Source of the DNA: Lytechinus pictus
Taxonomy: Eukaryota
Assembly: GCF_037042905.1 (NCBI RefSeq)
Contig: NC_087245.1
Location: 12,402,001-12,466,000, forward strand
Length of the DNA: 64,000 bases
Direction of reading: 5' to 3'
Position numbers and translations under genes: made by a program. The notes beneath the pieces were generated by a model. It ran no database searches and had not been told where the DNA came from. It saw nothing but the letters and a program-made list of their open reading frames with translations. How positions within the stretch are numbered: the first letter of the stretch is position 1; every line of letters starts with the position of its first letter. Of this stretch, positions 12,713 through 25,800 are shown piece by piece.

Positions 12713-13526
12713 TATGATTGACACATCTACTATGGAGTAGTTTACCATCATTCCAACATAATAGTGAATTCCACAATAAGATTGACAGGTGGCTGTTTGT
12801 AATCAACAACATTATTGATTTGGAATGTTGATGACAAGATGTTCATTACAGGAAGGTTGATTTCAGTTATCTACATCATTCCTTCCCCAGTCATTCAACC
12901 CTCTGAACTTGCTCTGATATATGTACTTTCAATTGACCCAAGGACACTGCAGTTCATGCAAAGTGCTAGTGTGGCAGTTTGTTTTCCAAAATATGCAGAT
13001 ATGAATTGCCATTGCTCTTCTTTTTTTCAGTGTAACTGTATGAGAACCTATTCAATTTATTTTCAATATGACATATTTTGTGCTTCAGATGCACTGACTA
13101 CTACTTCTCACAGTTAGTGGCTGTTGTGATATCCACTTCATAAAGTATATTTTCAGGAGTATGCCATTATGTTAAGAATTCATATATATATGTTGGGATA
13201 AGATCAAGATGTGTACATCTACATTTATTTGCATTTGGGCATTATGTGAGCTTGTGTATTAGCACCAAATAGAATTATTTGGGCTGCCACTTTCAATGTG
13301 TTACTTGGACTGTGTGTGGTATTATATAGTTCTATTTAAGTAATTCTCCATAGAAAGCTGACCAGGTTCTGAATATATTTGTCAGAAATTCTTGTCATGA
13401 TGCTATACTTTAATAGAAATATGAATTACAAGGGTAAATCTTGGTTGATAAAATGTCCCTAGAACTGCTTAAATGTTTTTGCAATGGAAGTAGTAAATTA
13501 TTGCATGACCAAATCAAGAACATTAA

Positions 13527-14002
13527 AGGGGAAGTTCACCCTGGAGATTTTTTTTTTTTGGGGGGGGGGAAATACCAAGAAATTTTTTAAAAATTGTTGG
13601 TAATGGTTTGGGGAAATTCCATCAAAGATGAAGAAAATTATAAAAAGTTTAATTTTTTTAATTTTTGATTTCATGTATGAGCAACTGTCCCATATGATTT
13701 GTAATATAAAATGCATAAATCATATTTTTTAATGGTTCGTGATGACTAATTGTTGTTTTCTTTCAGGAGCGGGTGTGAAATAATTTGTTGGTAGATAAAC
13801 TGAAGGTACAATAATAACTACAAAAGACATTTAATTTAATGTTTATTCTATTCCATATATGGGTATGCTGTTTGATAAGACAACACAAATTAAGTAATTT
13901 AAGTAAATTTTTGATGGATTTTCTACTAAGCTTTACCAATATTTTACAACGAATTTTTCTGCTATTTTTACAATAAATTTTTGGTCAGGGTGAACTTCCC
14001 CT
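13527..14002. mobile_element. Kolobok-like MITE (TTAA TSD)
   Basis: Perfect 17-bp TIR AGGGGAAGTTCACCCTG / CAGGGTGAACTTCCCCT flanked by TTAA on both sides. Confidence 0.85.
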
Positions 14003-14664
14003 TTAACAAATTTGAAGCTGTTCATTTTCATGTATGTAAACATATGCATACATTTCCCCCACCAATTTCTATTTTACTTTTTTTTAAATGAGCATAACAT
14101 TCTGTTATACTGTTAATTTCTTAACCCTGTCCATGATATTTTTATTTTTTAATGTTAGTATTACACAAGTTTAAAGTGCAGTTATAATGATTTAGATTAT
14201 TCAAAAAGTCACCATCACTTTGTATGTAATTTTCTAAAAAATTGGTTTATTTCATTTATTTCCAAATGTTAATGCAGATTTTCCCCTTTTCTGTCTTTGG
14301 TAAAGATATGTTCATAAAATACAAACGTGCAACCATTTTATTTATATGTATATATGGTGAAGAGACTAATGTATATATCATTTTTAAACAAAGTTTGAAT
14401 TTGTGTTTTATATTCACATGGTATTTCTTTGTGTCATTTTTCTATGTGTTATTATTTGTAATTAATGAAAATAATCACACCCAACTGCAAGCAGACAACC
14501 TCTTTGATCACCTTGATGTTTACACAAACATTGGGAAATGAGAATGTGGTAATAACTGAAGGTGATCAAGTGGACTTCAACATATAAGATTAAAATAATT
14601 CTTCTCGGATATAGCATGAATTTGAGTCAGTGTTGGGCGATTTCAATTTTGGTGATGACATCTG

Positions 14665-14932
14665 GGCCGTGTCTTACAAAGAGTTAAGATTGATCCAATC
14701 AATCAAGTATATGGAAATCCATCAATGTCATAATTTTTTCTTTAGGAAATTTGCTCAATGTCCTTTGAAAAGAAAGAGAAGCATACTGAATTTTCAAGAA
14801 AACAGTGAATGTATGAATATACATCATTTCTAGAAAATATTTTGACCAAACATGTATTTTAGATGTTGCCGTTGCTGGCTTTCCATAGTTATGATTGATC
14901 AGATCAATCATAACTCTTTGTAAGATGGGACC
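14665..14932. mobile_element. Harbinger-like MITE (CTG TSD)
   Basis: CTG|GGCCGTGTCTTACAAAGAGTTA ... TAACTCTTTGTAAGATGGGACC|CTG. Confidence 0.7.
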
Positions 14933-16769
14933 CTGTTGTTGGTGTTTGGCAGGCTGATTTCTACACCAACCAGAGCAATAAACTTATATGAGGCTTTCTA
15001 ATATACAATTACTAAAGTTTAAGATATGAGGTTAAAGGGCCTTATTCACAGAAAAATAAAAACTTGACCCAAAGAGGATGTCAAGTATCCTCAAATGTCA
15101 AAAGTAAAATTCAAATTTTCAGAAAGAAACAACAGTTTGATGCTTAACTGAGGAAATAATTTGTGCAGGATGGAGAAACAAATGTCATTAAAAATATATT
15201 CCACATAATTTTCTCTTCTGAAGGTGTTTATTTTTCTAAGCATGTGTATGTTTTTAAATAGGGATATGGTTGATTTTGCAATTAAAACTTCAATTCTGCA
15301 AGAAGAGTTAAATGACATTCCCTCCATTATTTATCTTTGATGCATTTTATCATTATGCTTAATTCACCCCGGAGTCAAGAGTATGCTGGGTAAATATGTA
15401 TCTTAAACCTTGTAAAACACAACACTTTATTCAGTCTCTGTTCCGAGAAATTCCACCAGCTCATTATTTTTGACAAGGGGGGGGGGGGGGGTAACTGAAA
15501 TTCCGAAGTGGTACAAAGCAAAATATTTTGCATTTCTGTTTATAGATACGTACAATAGACAAGTCGGTACTTAAACAGACAAAGCGGAGGGGGGAGGGGT
15601 AATAATTTGATTAAAAGTTATGTACAACTTTACAACAAATGGAATATAGCCAGCCAAATGTGTCTTTCCTTTCAGTAATTCTTGATCACATTAGCTCAAC
15701 CTGATATGTTTACCAGTGAAAAGATTTTCTGGCAAAGCATATTATTTTGCTTTATATCATTTAAAATATATTTGGAATAATGTAAAACTTTGGGCTTTAT
15801 ATTTTTAGTTTACAAACATCTTTATGAACCTTCCTTTCTTTCTCGCATATTCATTCAGACATTTTCATACATTCAAACATTTTAATCATTTATAAGCTAA
15901 ATAAAATGACTGTGAAAAAAAGAGACAAAGTTGACTTATTCATCCACAACAATCTTTAATGGTTAGTTTTATCTCGAGAAGTTACCAATCATTTGTATTT
16001 GACAGTTGATATAAATGATTTGACTTTGTAAAATCATATCCCTCCTAAAACTTGCATTTAGAAATCAATGTATTTTTTTATGCTGTGATCAAAATAAAGT
16101 TTATTATGAATCGGATGGAAGTATCATGAATGTCTTATTGCCTTACTGCTAATATTAGATAAGATACACTTCAAAGAAGAAAAATATACAAATAAAAAAA
16201 ATATCTTTCATCTCTACTGCAAATCAAGTGCATTTCTTAAAGATTTCAGAATTCATTTACTAATTTGAAAACATTTTGAACACCTCATATTGCACTTTTG
16301 TGGCACTTTGCCATCAGACTTGAATCTTGAAATAATTTGACATTTGGGATAATTGCAACAAAGTGATCAAATTGTCATAAAATAGTAGCACATACATTCA
16401 ATTTGTATATGCAGCATGTATAAATAATTTCTCAGTATTAATTGACTTTAAAAGCACTTAAATTGCAGTATTTCTGAATGTACATTTTCTATCAAAGTTT
16501 CTGTTCCTGTATTTCAATATTTTAAGAGCATAATATCATATTATAGCCCTTTGAATCACCGTTATTTACTTCTTCACTTCTTTGTTTGACTTTAAGGCAC
16601 TTTGACTGATATCTATAAAATGATGGAATTACCAATCAATAAACAAATTACTAACTAATTAAAAAAATCAATACTTTCTCAATTGAAACACACCATGATG
16701 ACATTGCAATGAATCAATACTAAAAGAAAATAAATTTCTCAGATAAAGTAGAGTTCAAGTCATCAAAGG

Positions 16770-16884
16770 CTATTTGGAAATTGGAGGAAAGAGGGAAGCA
16801 ATAGGGGGTATTGATGGTTCTCGGTTGTTTCTTGGAGGGTTGATATTTCGATGGGCACTGCCCTTGCCAAGTCTTAGCAAAACA
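16770..16884 (-). CDS. FAM186-like exon 32 (last)
   Basis: (D)VLLRLGKGSAHRNINPPRNNREPSIPPIASLFPPISK*; long polypyrimidine acceptor. Confidence 0.8.
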
Positions 16885-19800
16885 CTGAGGAAGAGAACAA
16901 AAAGAGTGGAAAAGTAAAGAAGAGGAAAAGAAAAAAAAAAGCATTAAAGATAAGAGAGAAAAGGAGATGAGAGGAAGGAAAAGAAAGGATAGAAGAAAAG
17001 CAGGGAGAAGAAGAGAAGTAAAGGAAGAGAACAGAAAAAAAATTAAGGGAAGAGGAAAACAGAATGAATGAATTTTAATGGAATAGGGAGAAAAAAAGAA
17101 GATAATCGGATGAAAAGAGACATAAAGGAATGCTTGATTGTTTAACCTCACAGAAGCGCCATGAGCACCGAAAGGTGGACCTGTGCGCAATATAAGTAGC
17201 CATCACTATTATTATTATTAGAATAACAACAGTAGAAAGTATGAATACGTAAGCAACAATCATATTTATACTTAAAAGAATTGGATGAACTGTTAACATG
17301 TTATGGCTAGGACTGTTCACATATATTTTGACAGAAAACATTCTGAACTGGACAAATGCTCATTGCACTACTTCATAGCTTACTTTATGATAAATAGAGC
17401 TCCATAACGATTTCACAAAACATAGAGCAGAACAAGTAGTATGCCTTTTTGTTTCAAGGAAATTCCTTGAAATAATAAATTAATCATACTATTAAACTAA
17501 AGAAAAACCTGCCTTGTGAAAAAAGGTATGCAGGTAAATCTTTTGGGACCACTGAAATACATTCAAGAGAGGCAAAATTCAACCTAGAAGATGTAAATGA
17601 TGCATGTTTTCTTATACTTTAATCTGAACAAATGCTTTGATTTTGGCAATTATTTAATGGAAGGTCAACTTAAAGAGTAAGCAAACTGACCAGCACTCTA
17701 TGTGTTTCTCTCATTGACTGTGTGCTATAAACAGTTAGTCTTAGAATATACCTTTTGATTTACCTATTAATAATACAGACAACAAATAAGCCTATAATAC
17801 TATTTCTATATAGAATCTAAAATATTTTGAGAGGAATTTACTTGTTTATCTATTTGGTAACATAATAACTGCAGTATGAATGCATAGGATAGTAAATAAG
17901 CATGTTATCATTCAGGTGGACATATATTACATCAAGACTACACTGTTTTGAATGTTACATTATGGATTAGGAACCAGGGGGGTGTTTCAGAAAGACTTAA
18001 GTATGACTTAAGTCGCACTTAAATGCCGACGCGCACATGATATGCAACACACAATCTGATTGATGGATACGCGGTCGTGCGCGTCCCGTGCGCATGATCT
18101 GACAAATGTGGTGATGTCTCCTATACCGTACGTAACTGGAAATTTAAGTGCAAATCCAAGTCACACTTAAATCTTTGTGAAACACCCCCCTGGTCAGATT
18201 TGAGTAGTTAAGGACACGAGGTGGTGCTGCTTGTTCATTTCTATTATAACCACTATTATATGTGTACATACTCCTGTGCAGTCTTGCGTCTTGTATTGAT
18301 ATCCATATCAAGCATCCTTGGAACAGTCACAAGAGCTGTAGTAGCTTCCCAGTTAGCAGGCATCTGCATAAAGAACAGAAAAAAGACATTGAACTTTGAC
18401 ATGCTGATATAAGGTCAAATCTTCTTGGATGATTAGAATAGCTAAGATTCAGGTAAAGTTGCATCCAAGGCTCTGTTACACATGTAATTTCAGAGTAGCT
18501 TTCCAGATCCCTAATAATTTATTTTCTATACAGAAATGTGAGGATGGTAAGGGTAAAGACTAGAGCTGAGTGATGTCAAAACTTTGATGAGGATGCTGTT
18601 TTAATGGTTGGACTGTTGTTTTTTTTTCTCTTAAGAAATTGAATACATTAACATGGATGGTTGTGTTCTCAACAACTAACATCCTTTATCAATAACATAA
18701 GCACATATTATAAATCACCGGTAATTCCTTTATCTTTTTAATCCATCTACACCTCAGAATGTTTTAACAAATAGATGGAGCACAGTGAATGCCGATCCAT
18801 TATCAATATCATTATTTCAAAACCTTTAAATTCCTGATTATTTGAAAATAAAGTTGAATAAGATTTTTGGACTTGCACTTCACTGCAAATCTTTCTGCCA
18901 AAGGCCCGGAACATCTAACGAGTTCCAAGACCTGCCATGCAGACCAGGCCTAACCTACCCTCCAGAAGGGTCCAGGTTCTCCCAACAGGGCCATGCCAGT
19001 CCCAATGACAGACTCCTTATCCATGCTAACAGGTACATCCATATGAACACCACTAGACGGTATCTTGTGCTTGCGTCGTCTGCTTGGTGGTTTATAAGGT
19101 CTGAAGGTTGCAGTTGTAGGTCGTATCATACTGATACCAGCTTCTTGTGATACAGCATCAAAGCTGTCAAGAGATGGAAGATACTGTCAACTGAATACAG
19201 ACTTATTTTAAACTTGTGTATGGTAAGTAAACATCACATTTGTGATTACATTAATTTGTAGTCTTGCATAAAAAATATCATGCTTGATGCCATTCACGAT
19301 TTTAGTGAAAGCTCAGTAAAATATTCGTAGTAAGCAATGTTATTGTTTGCACATTACAACTCAATTTTTATTTCAATGAATTATTTCACATTTACAGAAC
19401 ATCAATGCAATTTGCATATAATGTCACATAAGGTATGAAGTCAAAATGCTGTAGACATTCTTTGATGAAAACAGGCAAGGCCTAAATAAAATGATTTGTT
19501 TTTTCCTATCTATATCATGGTACTTCAGTATTACTTTACTTTACCAATAAAAAGAACTGAATCAATCTATTAATCCATGCTTAAAATTGTCTGTACCTCA
19601 CTGGTTCTTTCTCTACTACAAATTTGATTGAAAACTTCTAACTCTTAATTCCAAATTCCCTTTCTCATCTCTCATTTTAAGGACATGATTAGATGTCCTT
19701 AAGTACTAGCTATTGAGGAAGGGGGAGGAAGGAGACTCACATGGCTATCATTTGTTCATAGAGCTGTGTTCTTTGTTGCTTCAGTAATTCTCTTCTATCC

Positions 19801-22800
19801 CTCCATTTATTGATACTCTGATGAAAAAGAAAGGAAATATAGATTTCATAAAGATTTTTGTTTTTAAGATGATAAATCCATTGAATTATTTTCAAATACA
19901 TATTTCTGTCCAACGATCCAACAAATGATTAGCAAATAAAAATGGCTGCATCATTCTGACTAAATGCATGCCAAATAATAACAAAACATCAACATACAAA
20001 ATTGATATTGTAGCAAGATTTTGTTGTTTATTACCAAGTGGAAAAATCAACTGAGCGACGAGATAAAACTATAAGGTCTGAAATAAATAAATCTTGAACT
20101 TACCGTGCACATTCGTTTCTCCATCCTCTCCAAAAAGCTGGTAAGACGTTGGTCCTTCTCTTTCTCTCCCTCCTTTTCACTTTTTATCTTTTCAAATAAC
20201 TCCTCTGTCAAGGATCATTTTTAAAAGAAAAATAAGCATCAATAAAAACAATCACAATTTGCAATATTAAGTTAACCATTATTGGTAGTGGATTGTTTTG
20301 AACACTGAACATCTCTCTAATGGAGGAAAAGGGTTTCAAAGGAGGGACCTCCATGATTTCAACCATTAAACACGCATTCACAATGAAAATCGGCACATAT
20401 ATCACCGATGACATTATAGATGCAAAGTTGTATTGTCAATTATACCATAAACTTAAATGATGAAGCGATCATGCTAATTTAAAATCAATATTTAAACCTC
20501 AAGTGAAGCACCAATACTGCTATGGATCTGATGTTTCCAATATATGCAATATGCTTCAGGGTGAACCATGAGCAAACAATCATTTTACGATATGCATTTT
20601 GATTGAAAATCAGCAAATCGTTAATGTTAGAGCCGTGGTGTAGTGGTTCTGACTCTCGCCTTGTAAACAGAGGATCGTGTGTTCGAATCCCACCGCGGTC
20701 TAGCGTCCTTTGGCAAGGCGTTAATCCACACTTTGCCACTCTCGACCCAGGTGCTAATTGGGTACCCGGTAGGTTGCGAAAGATATTGTATATTTGATTT
20801 TGCCAGCGCCATAATGAGGCTGCGATGAATGCAAGGAATGCTCCCCAGGGAGTGGAAATTGTGCACTTTTCGTGCGGGATTGAAATGAATCCAATGACCG
20901 GGGTAATAATATGCTGTAACGCGCTTTGAGCCATTCTGGGAAAAGCGCTTTATAAAAATTGGCTATTATTATTATTATTATTAGTGTTCTTAAAACTGTA
21001 TCAATGATCATGTATAGAAATAACTTGAACCAAATTGTGTAACTGCTTTAGGAATATGATTGTTGAATGAGAACTAACTTTTCTGTTCTTGTAACCGTCT
21101 GAATGTGATGTATCTCTCAAAGAGACTTCTTAATCTGATCTCGGGGACCTCCATTGTTTGGGTGATTATATTCACAGTTATCTGCATCAAAAACAATTAA
21201 AACAATTCTTAAGTCCAAAATGGCAAAAATACTTAAAGACATAGACTTTCATCCAACTGCTAACAACAAAGCATTAATGTCTGTACATTATTCAATATAT
21301 ACAACTAGAATACCTATTACTTTGAGCCCTCTTCATGGGCCCTCAATGATGATTGTGGTCAGTCTTACAAAAGAGCAGAAGCATAGAAAGTCTTTTACAC
21401 TCTTAGTACCTGTTTGCATAAAGTTCACTGTCTTAAAATAAACCCAGGAATGCAATTATTTTGTCATTCTGAATCAACTGTTATTCTATTCCATTATGGA
21501 AATAAAAGGCTTCTTTGTAGAATAAGGGCAGAGTAAATGCAATTATTGAGCTCAACCGTCTGGTATTTACCGTATGCAGCTCTTGTGATATTTTGTTTTC
21601 CTTGAAGGCTTCTTCTAGCATGTTGAGATTCTTGAGTTGATCGCTGACTTTCATCCTCATCTGCTCAACATTAGGTTTCTTCAGAGCTGGGCGGGGCTAT
21701 CAGGAAAAAAAAAGTTCAAAAGTCTTCACAAGACCACTCTCTTCATTGCACTGAAAATCAATAGCTATAAAGCACCATAGAATGATCATGTTAATGATAA
21801 TAAACAGTTTATATATAGATCATATCACATAATGTCAGTATGTCTTTAAGTGCTTTAGAACAAAAGATATAGAAAAAGAAGTGTTACTAAGTTCACTTGT
21901 CAAATTAAGGTGTATTTTAAATAAGTGTAATTTAAAAAGTGTTCTATACTGAATGGTTTTATGAAATTAATTTGGAATATTATTCCATCAAGCTGGGGTG
22001 GCATGAACTCAAGAACAATCACCATATGTTTTTGTAAAGACTAGAGGAAATAATAACAATTTTTTATCATGTCATGAAATATTAGTATTGGTTTGTGCAT
22101 CCAGCAAGTGAATTATCTACTTAAAAAGTAGCCAGTCTATGGAAACATTGAAAAGTAAATATCAACAAAATATTGTATTTGATTCAGAATTGGACTAGTA
22201 AACATTGTGCATACTGCAAGACAGGGGTTGTTATTACACTTCTTTGTAGTACAAGAATTAGAGATTTCGGCAGCTTCAATGTTTGACTTAAGATGCAAAT
22301 AGAAGCAAATAAGATGGAATGGCTTGATGTCTACCTGTTCTTCAACACTGTTGAGTCTTGATACAAGAACTTGTTGGTTACGTTCTTGCTGGGCTTGGCT
22401 CATCCTCATGTTTCTCAGCTTAGCATCTCTCTTCTTCACCTCTTCACGGAATGCAACCTCCCTATCATAAATGACAAAGAAGCAAATAATAGTAATAACA
22501 GCTGGATTTATATACCACTTTTTGCCTTAGGATACAAAGCGCAACTATTATTACCTTGGCTTTGGCTCGAGCTACCACTTTATCAGTGGCGCTCAGTGCA
22601 TTTGAGGAATTAATCTTGTCAGGTGCCCATTCATCTCACCTGGGTCAAGTGCTGAAGGAAACAATGCCATAGCTAGGATTCAAACCCATGACCCTCTGTT
22701 GGATTAGGAGAGGGTGATTGGTTTGGGGTTGGGTTGATGATGGAAGATACATTGAATCAAGCAAAGAGGGAAAGAAGTGACAAGGGAGATTGCAGCCCAT

Positions 22801-25800
22801 TAACGAGGACAAAACAGGATTTAAAACTTTGGTTGACGGACTGATTGAGTAAAGACATGAAATTATACGGGTCAAAGTGTATGACAGTGTTACAGGTAAT
22901 AGGTAACTTTGTAGAAGTTTTAGATGCTTTCAACTTCTATTCTTGTTGATTATTTGGGTCTAATTACCTTTATTTTTATCTTATCATTCTCCTGTTATTA
23001 TTCAACATAGTTTATTTGATACCAATTCATGCATCTATACATACACTATTACATCTTAGTTCCTCAAGGTGATCTAAATGAAGGTAGAAATTTTTGAGAC
23101 ACTAAATATGACTCCTATTAGATTTCTACATGTATTTATGTGATTGTAGAGGCTTGTTATAATTTTTATATTTTTATATTTGTGCAGGAGAAGGAAAGAA
23201 GGAGGGGTTGGTGTCTCTTATTTGAATTGATCAATAATTGACTTACATTGATCGTAACTCCCTCTGTAGGTTGCTTGCATGTAGGATTTGTGTCTTGTGT
23301 CTCTCCAATAAGGCATTATATTTCTCTTCCTTTAATGGTCACAAGAAAAATAGGAACCCTAAATCAATGACTACAAAGAATATTAAGCCCAGCGCACACT
23401 TCGCAATCCAATGCGACACAATTTTTTAATAACTCACATTTTGTATTACATATGAAAGGTTCAAGAAGTAAGATTATTTCATTTTAAGTTCGGCATGATG
23501 TTAGGAATAATAAAATCATTATTTTGCTTTGCGGAAAGCCCTGTGGTTGGAGTAAAGTCCAAATCGGCTTCAAGTTGCAGCGGATGATGACATAATTGCA
23601 ATTTGGATTTAAATTTGCTTTTATAGGATCCTAAAGGGAGGCTCGAACTAGACTGAATTTCGATGTCAGTAGTCCTACCACTATTCTGAACTCTGATTGC
23701 TAAGATTTTATCGGTTGGCATGTCCATATAAAATGTTATTACAATTTCTTTGAAATTCAGATTGCAACAAATCGCATTGTGTGCTATGGGCTTTAGAGTT
23801 TTTTCTTATATTTTTCAGTTTCTTTATACAATGGAAAAATACATAAATTCTATCAATATAACAAACCTAGTATCTAGGATTTTGAGGAAAATCATTATTT
23901 TCATTGTAACTCGATAATCTATGAAATGACATTTTCTCCAAATACCATGCGTCTTTCATCACTACACTGTGAAGCAAAATACTATTCCTTTGAATACAGT
24001 CTCTCACAGAGATATTTTTATACTCCAAAAAAAATCATTTTTTTAGATAGGGTTATGTCACTTCGGCAGTGATTAAAATACATTTTGCCAACCATTTATA
24101 TTCACAATTACATTAAAAAATGGCTATTTAAAAACTTTTGCACACTGCATTTAATAATGGAGTCTATTCATTGTAATTATAAAACAAACAATGTGTTTTC
24201 TTTATTAGAATTTAATTATAACATTGCTTTTCTTTATTCCAAGCACTTCAGTGATTAGGGTATTTCTCTTATTCATATTAAAAAAAAACATATAAACAGT
24301 ATACTGTATTTCTTTGGTTTTCTGCCATATCTGACTTCCATTTGCTAAAGAATACACGGTATATGTTTTCATAAGGTTTGTTATCCTTTAAGATCAACAA
24401 GTAAATAAGGTACTTACATTGATCCTTTTCATTTCTTCAAAGCTAACCTGAGCTGCATTCATCTGGTCTTGATACTGTTGTAGCATAAAAAAAAACAGAT
24501 AAAAAGAGATTTACAAACATTACTTTATACTAGACTAGTACTCGTTCATATCAAGATAGGTTGCTTACTTTTTTTAAGCAGAAATGTATCCCCACTCAAA
24601 ACATATAAATGTTTCCTGCCTTTAAATCACCATTTTTTTATCATTCTCTGTCAAGGGGATTAACAATTATTTTGATACATTATGTAATGATGGGAATAAT
24701 ATTGTTGTTAAACGTTACAAAATCATAAACATACTTCTTGGCTTGAGAAATTTCAAACACTCATAGCAAATTATGCACTTGTATAGTACACTAACTGCTT
24801 CATATGACTAATAAAGGTAAAATAGAGTACACAATAACTTTGCATTTTAAGAATGAGAAAAGCTTTAATACCTTTAATATCCTTTCGTTCAACTGCTGGT
24901 TCTCCTGACAGAGTTTATCCACATCTACACTGCAATCTACAGAGGGCGGTGTTGCCGGAGTCTTCACTTTGGCGGTAAGTGCTTCCTTTAGCTCTATGCG
25001 CTGAAGATGGAATGAGTAACAAACTCAAACATTAATAAAGACTATACAGCATAGTATGTAAGTACCTCAAATGCTCTTTCAAATATCACAGGTTTGATAA
25101 CACCTCCACAGATGTTAACAGCATTGGAAGTTATTTACTATGCAGTGTCAATGGATCCTTTCTGTATCTCTCTGGCACAAAATTACAAAGGAAGCTTTAA
25201 ATTGATGGGTACAGTTTAAATTGATGGGTACAGTTCAAACTTCAATTGCCCATGGATGTAATTAAGTACATGTGACCAGATTAAAGCCACCACATTAGGG
25301 TTTAAACTTTTTCTGTGTAAATGGCACTTTAAAATGCAAGGTATTTGTGTAAATGGTACCCTCCATGTTGTATAGCTGGGAAGCTCCATCTTGAGAGAGT
25401 CATTCTAAATGTATTGCAATCAGATATTCAAGTAAACTGTTTTAACTGCCATGGTTTGTGCATGAAATATAAACATACACCACAAAATGACAGGATAAAT
25501 TATACTATACAAGTAAGCTTACATGCACTTGCTCTTGTAAAAGCACAAGTGTAAGAAATTGTTTTAAAAGTTATTCTACAACACTTTGGTCCAATATATT
25601 GGTACTCAAAACTGTTTGGAAGCTCGGTGAAATGGTAACAATTTTACAAAGGGTGATTTGGGACTCCTCACTGAAAGATTTGTAAGTATAAAGGAGTAAT
25701 AAAATGAAATGCAACACAATTTTCAACCAACTTTTGTTACACATTTTGCAACTAGCACTGATTTAAAAAAAATCTGTGTTTAAACAATGCTTTCTGCAAC

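Noticed and set aside
16720..17190. 156-aa hydrophobic ORF
   Set aside because: Product of the intronic polypyrimidine tract; the true last exon is in another frame.
17147..17724. Additional micro-exons between exons 31 and 32
   Set aside because: Several AG/GT-flanked candidates exist, but the chains I tried hit stops or broke phase, whereas 18272 splices in phase directly to 16884.
20630..20702. tRNA gene
   Set aside because: A/B boxes continue into a SINE core and (ATT)n tail with no proper acceptor stem or terminator; related copies occur at 22485 and 32920.
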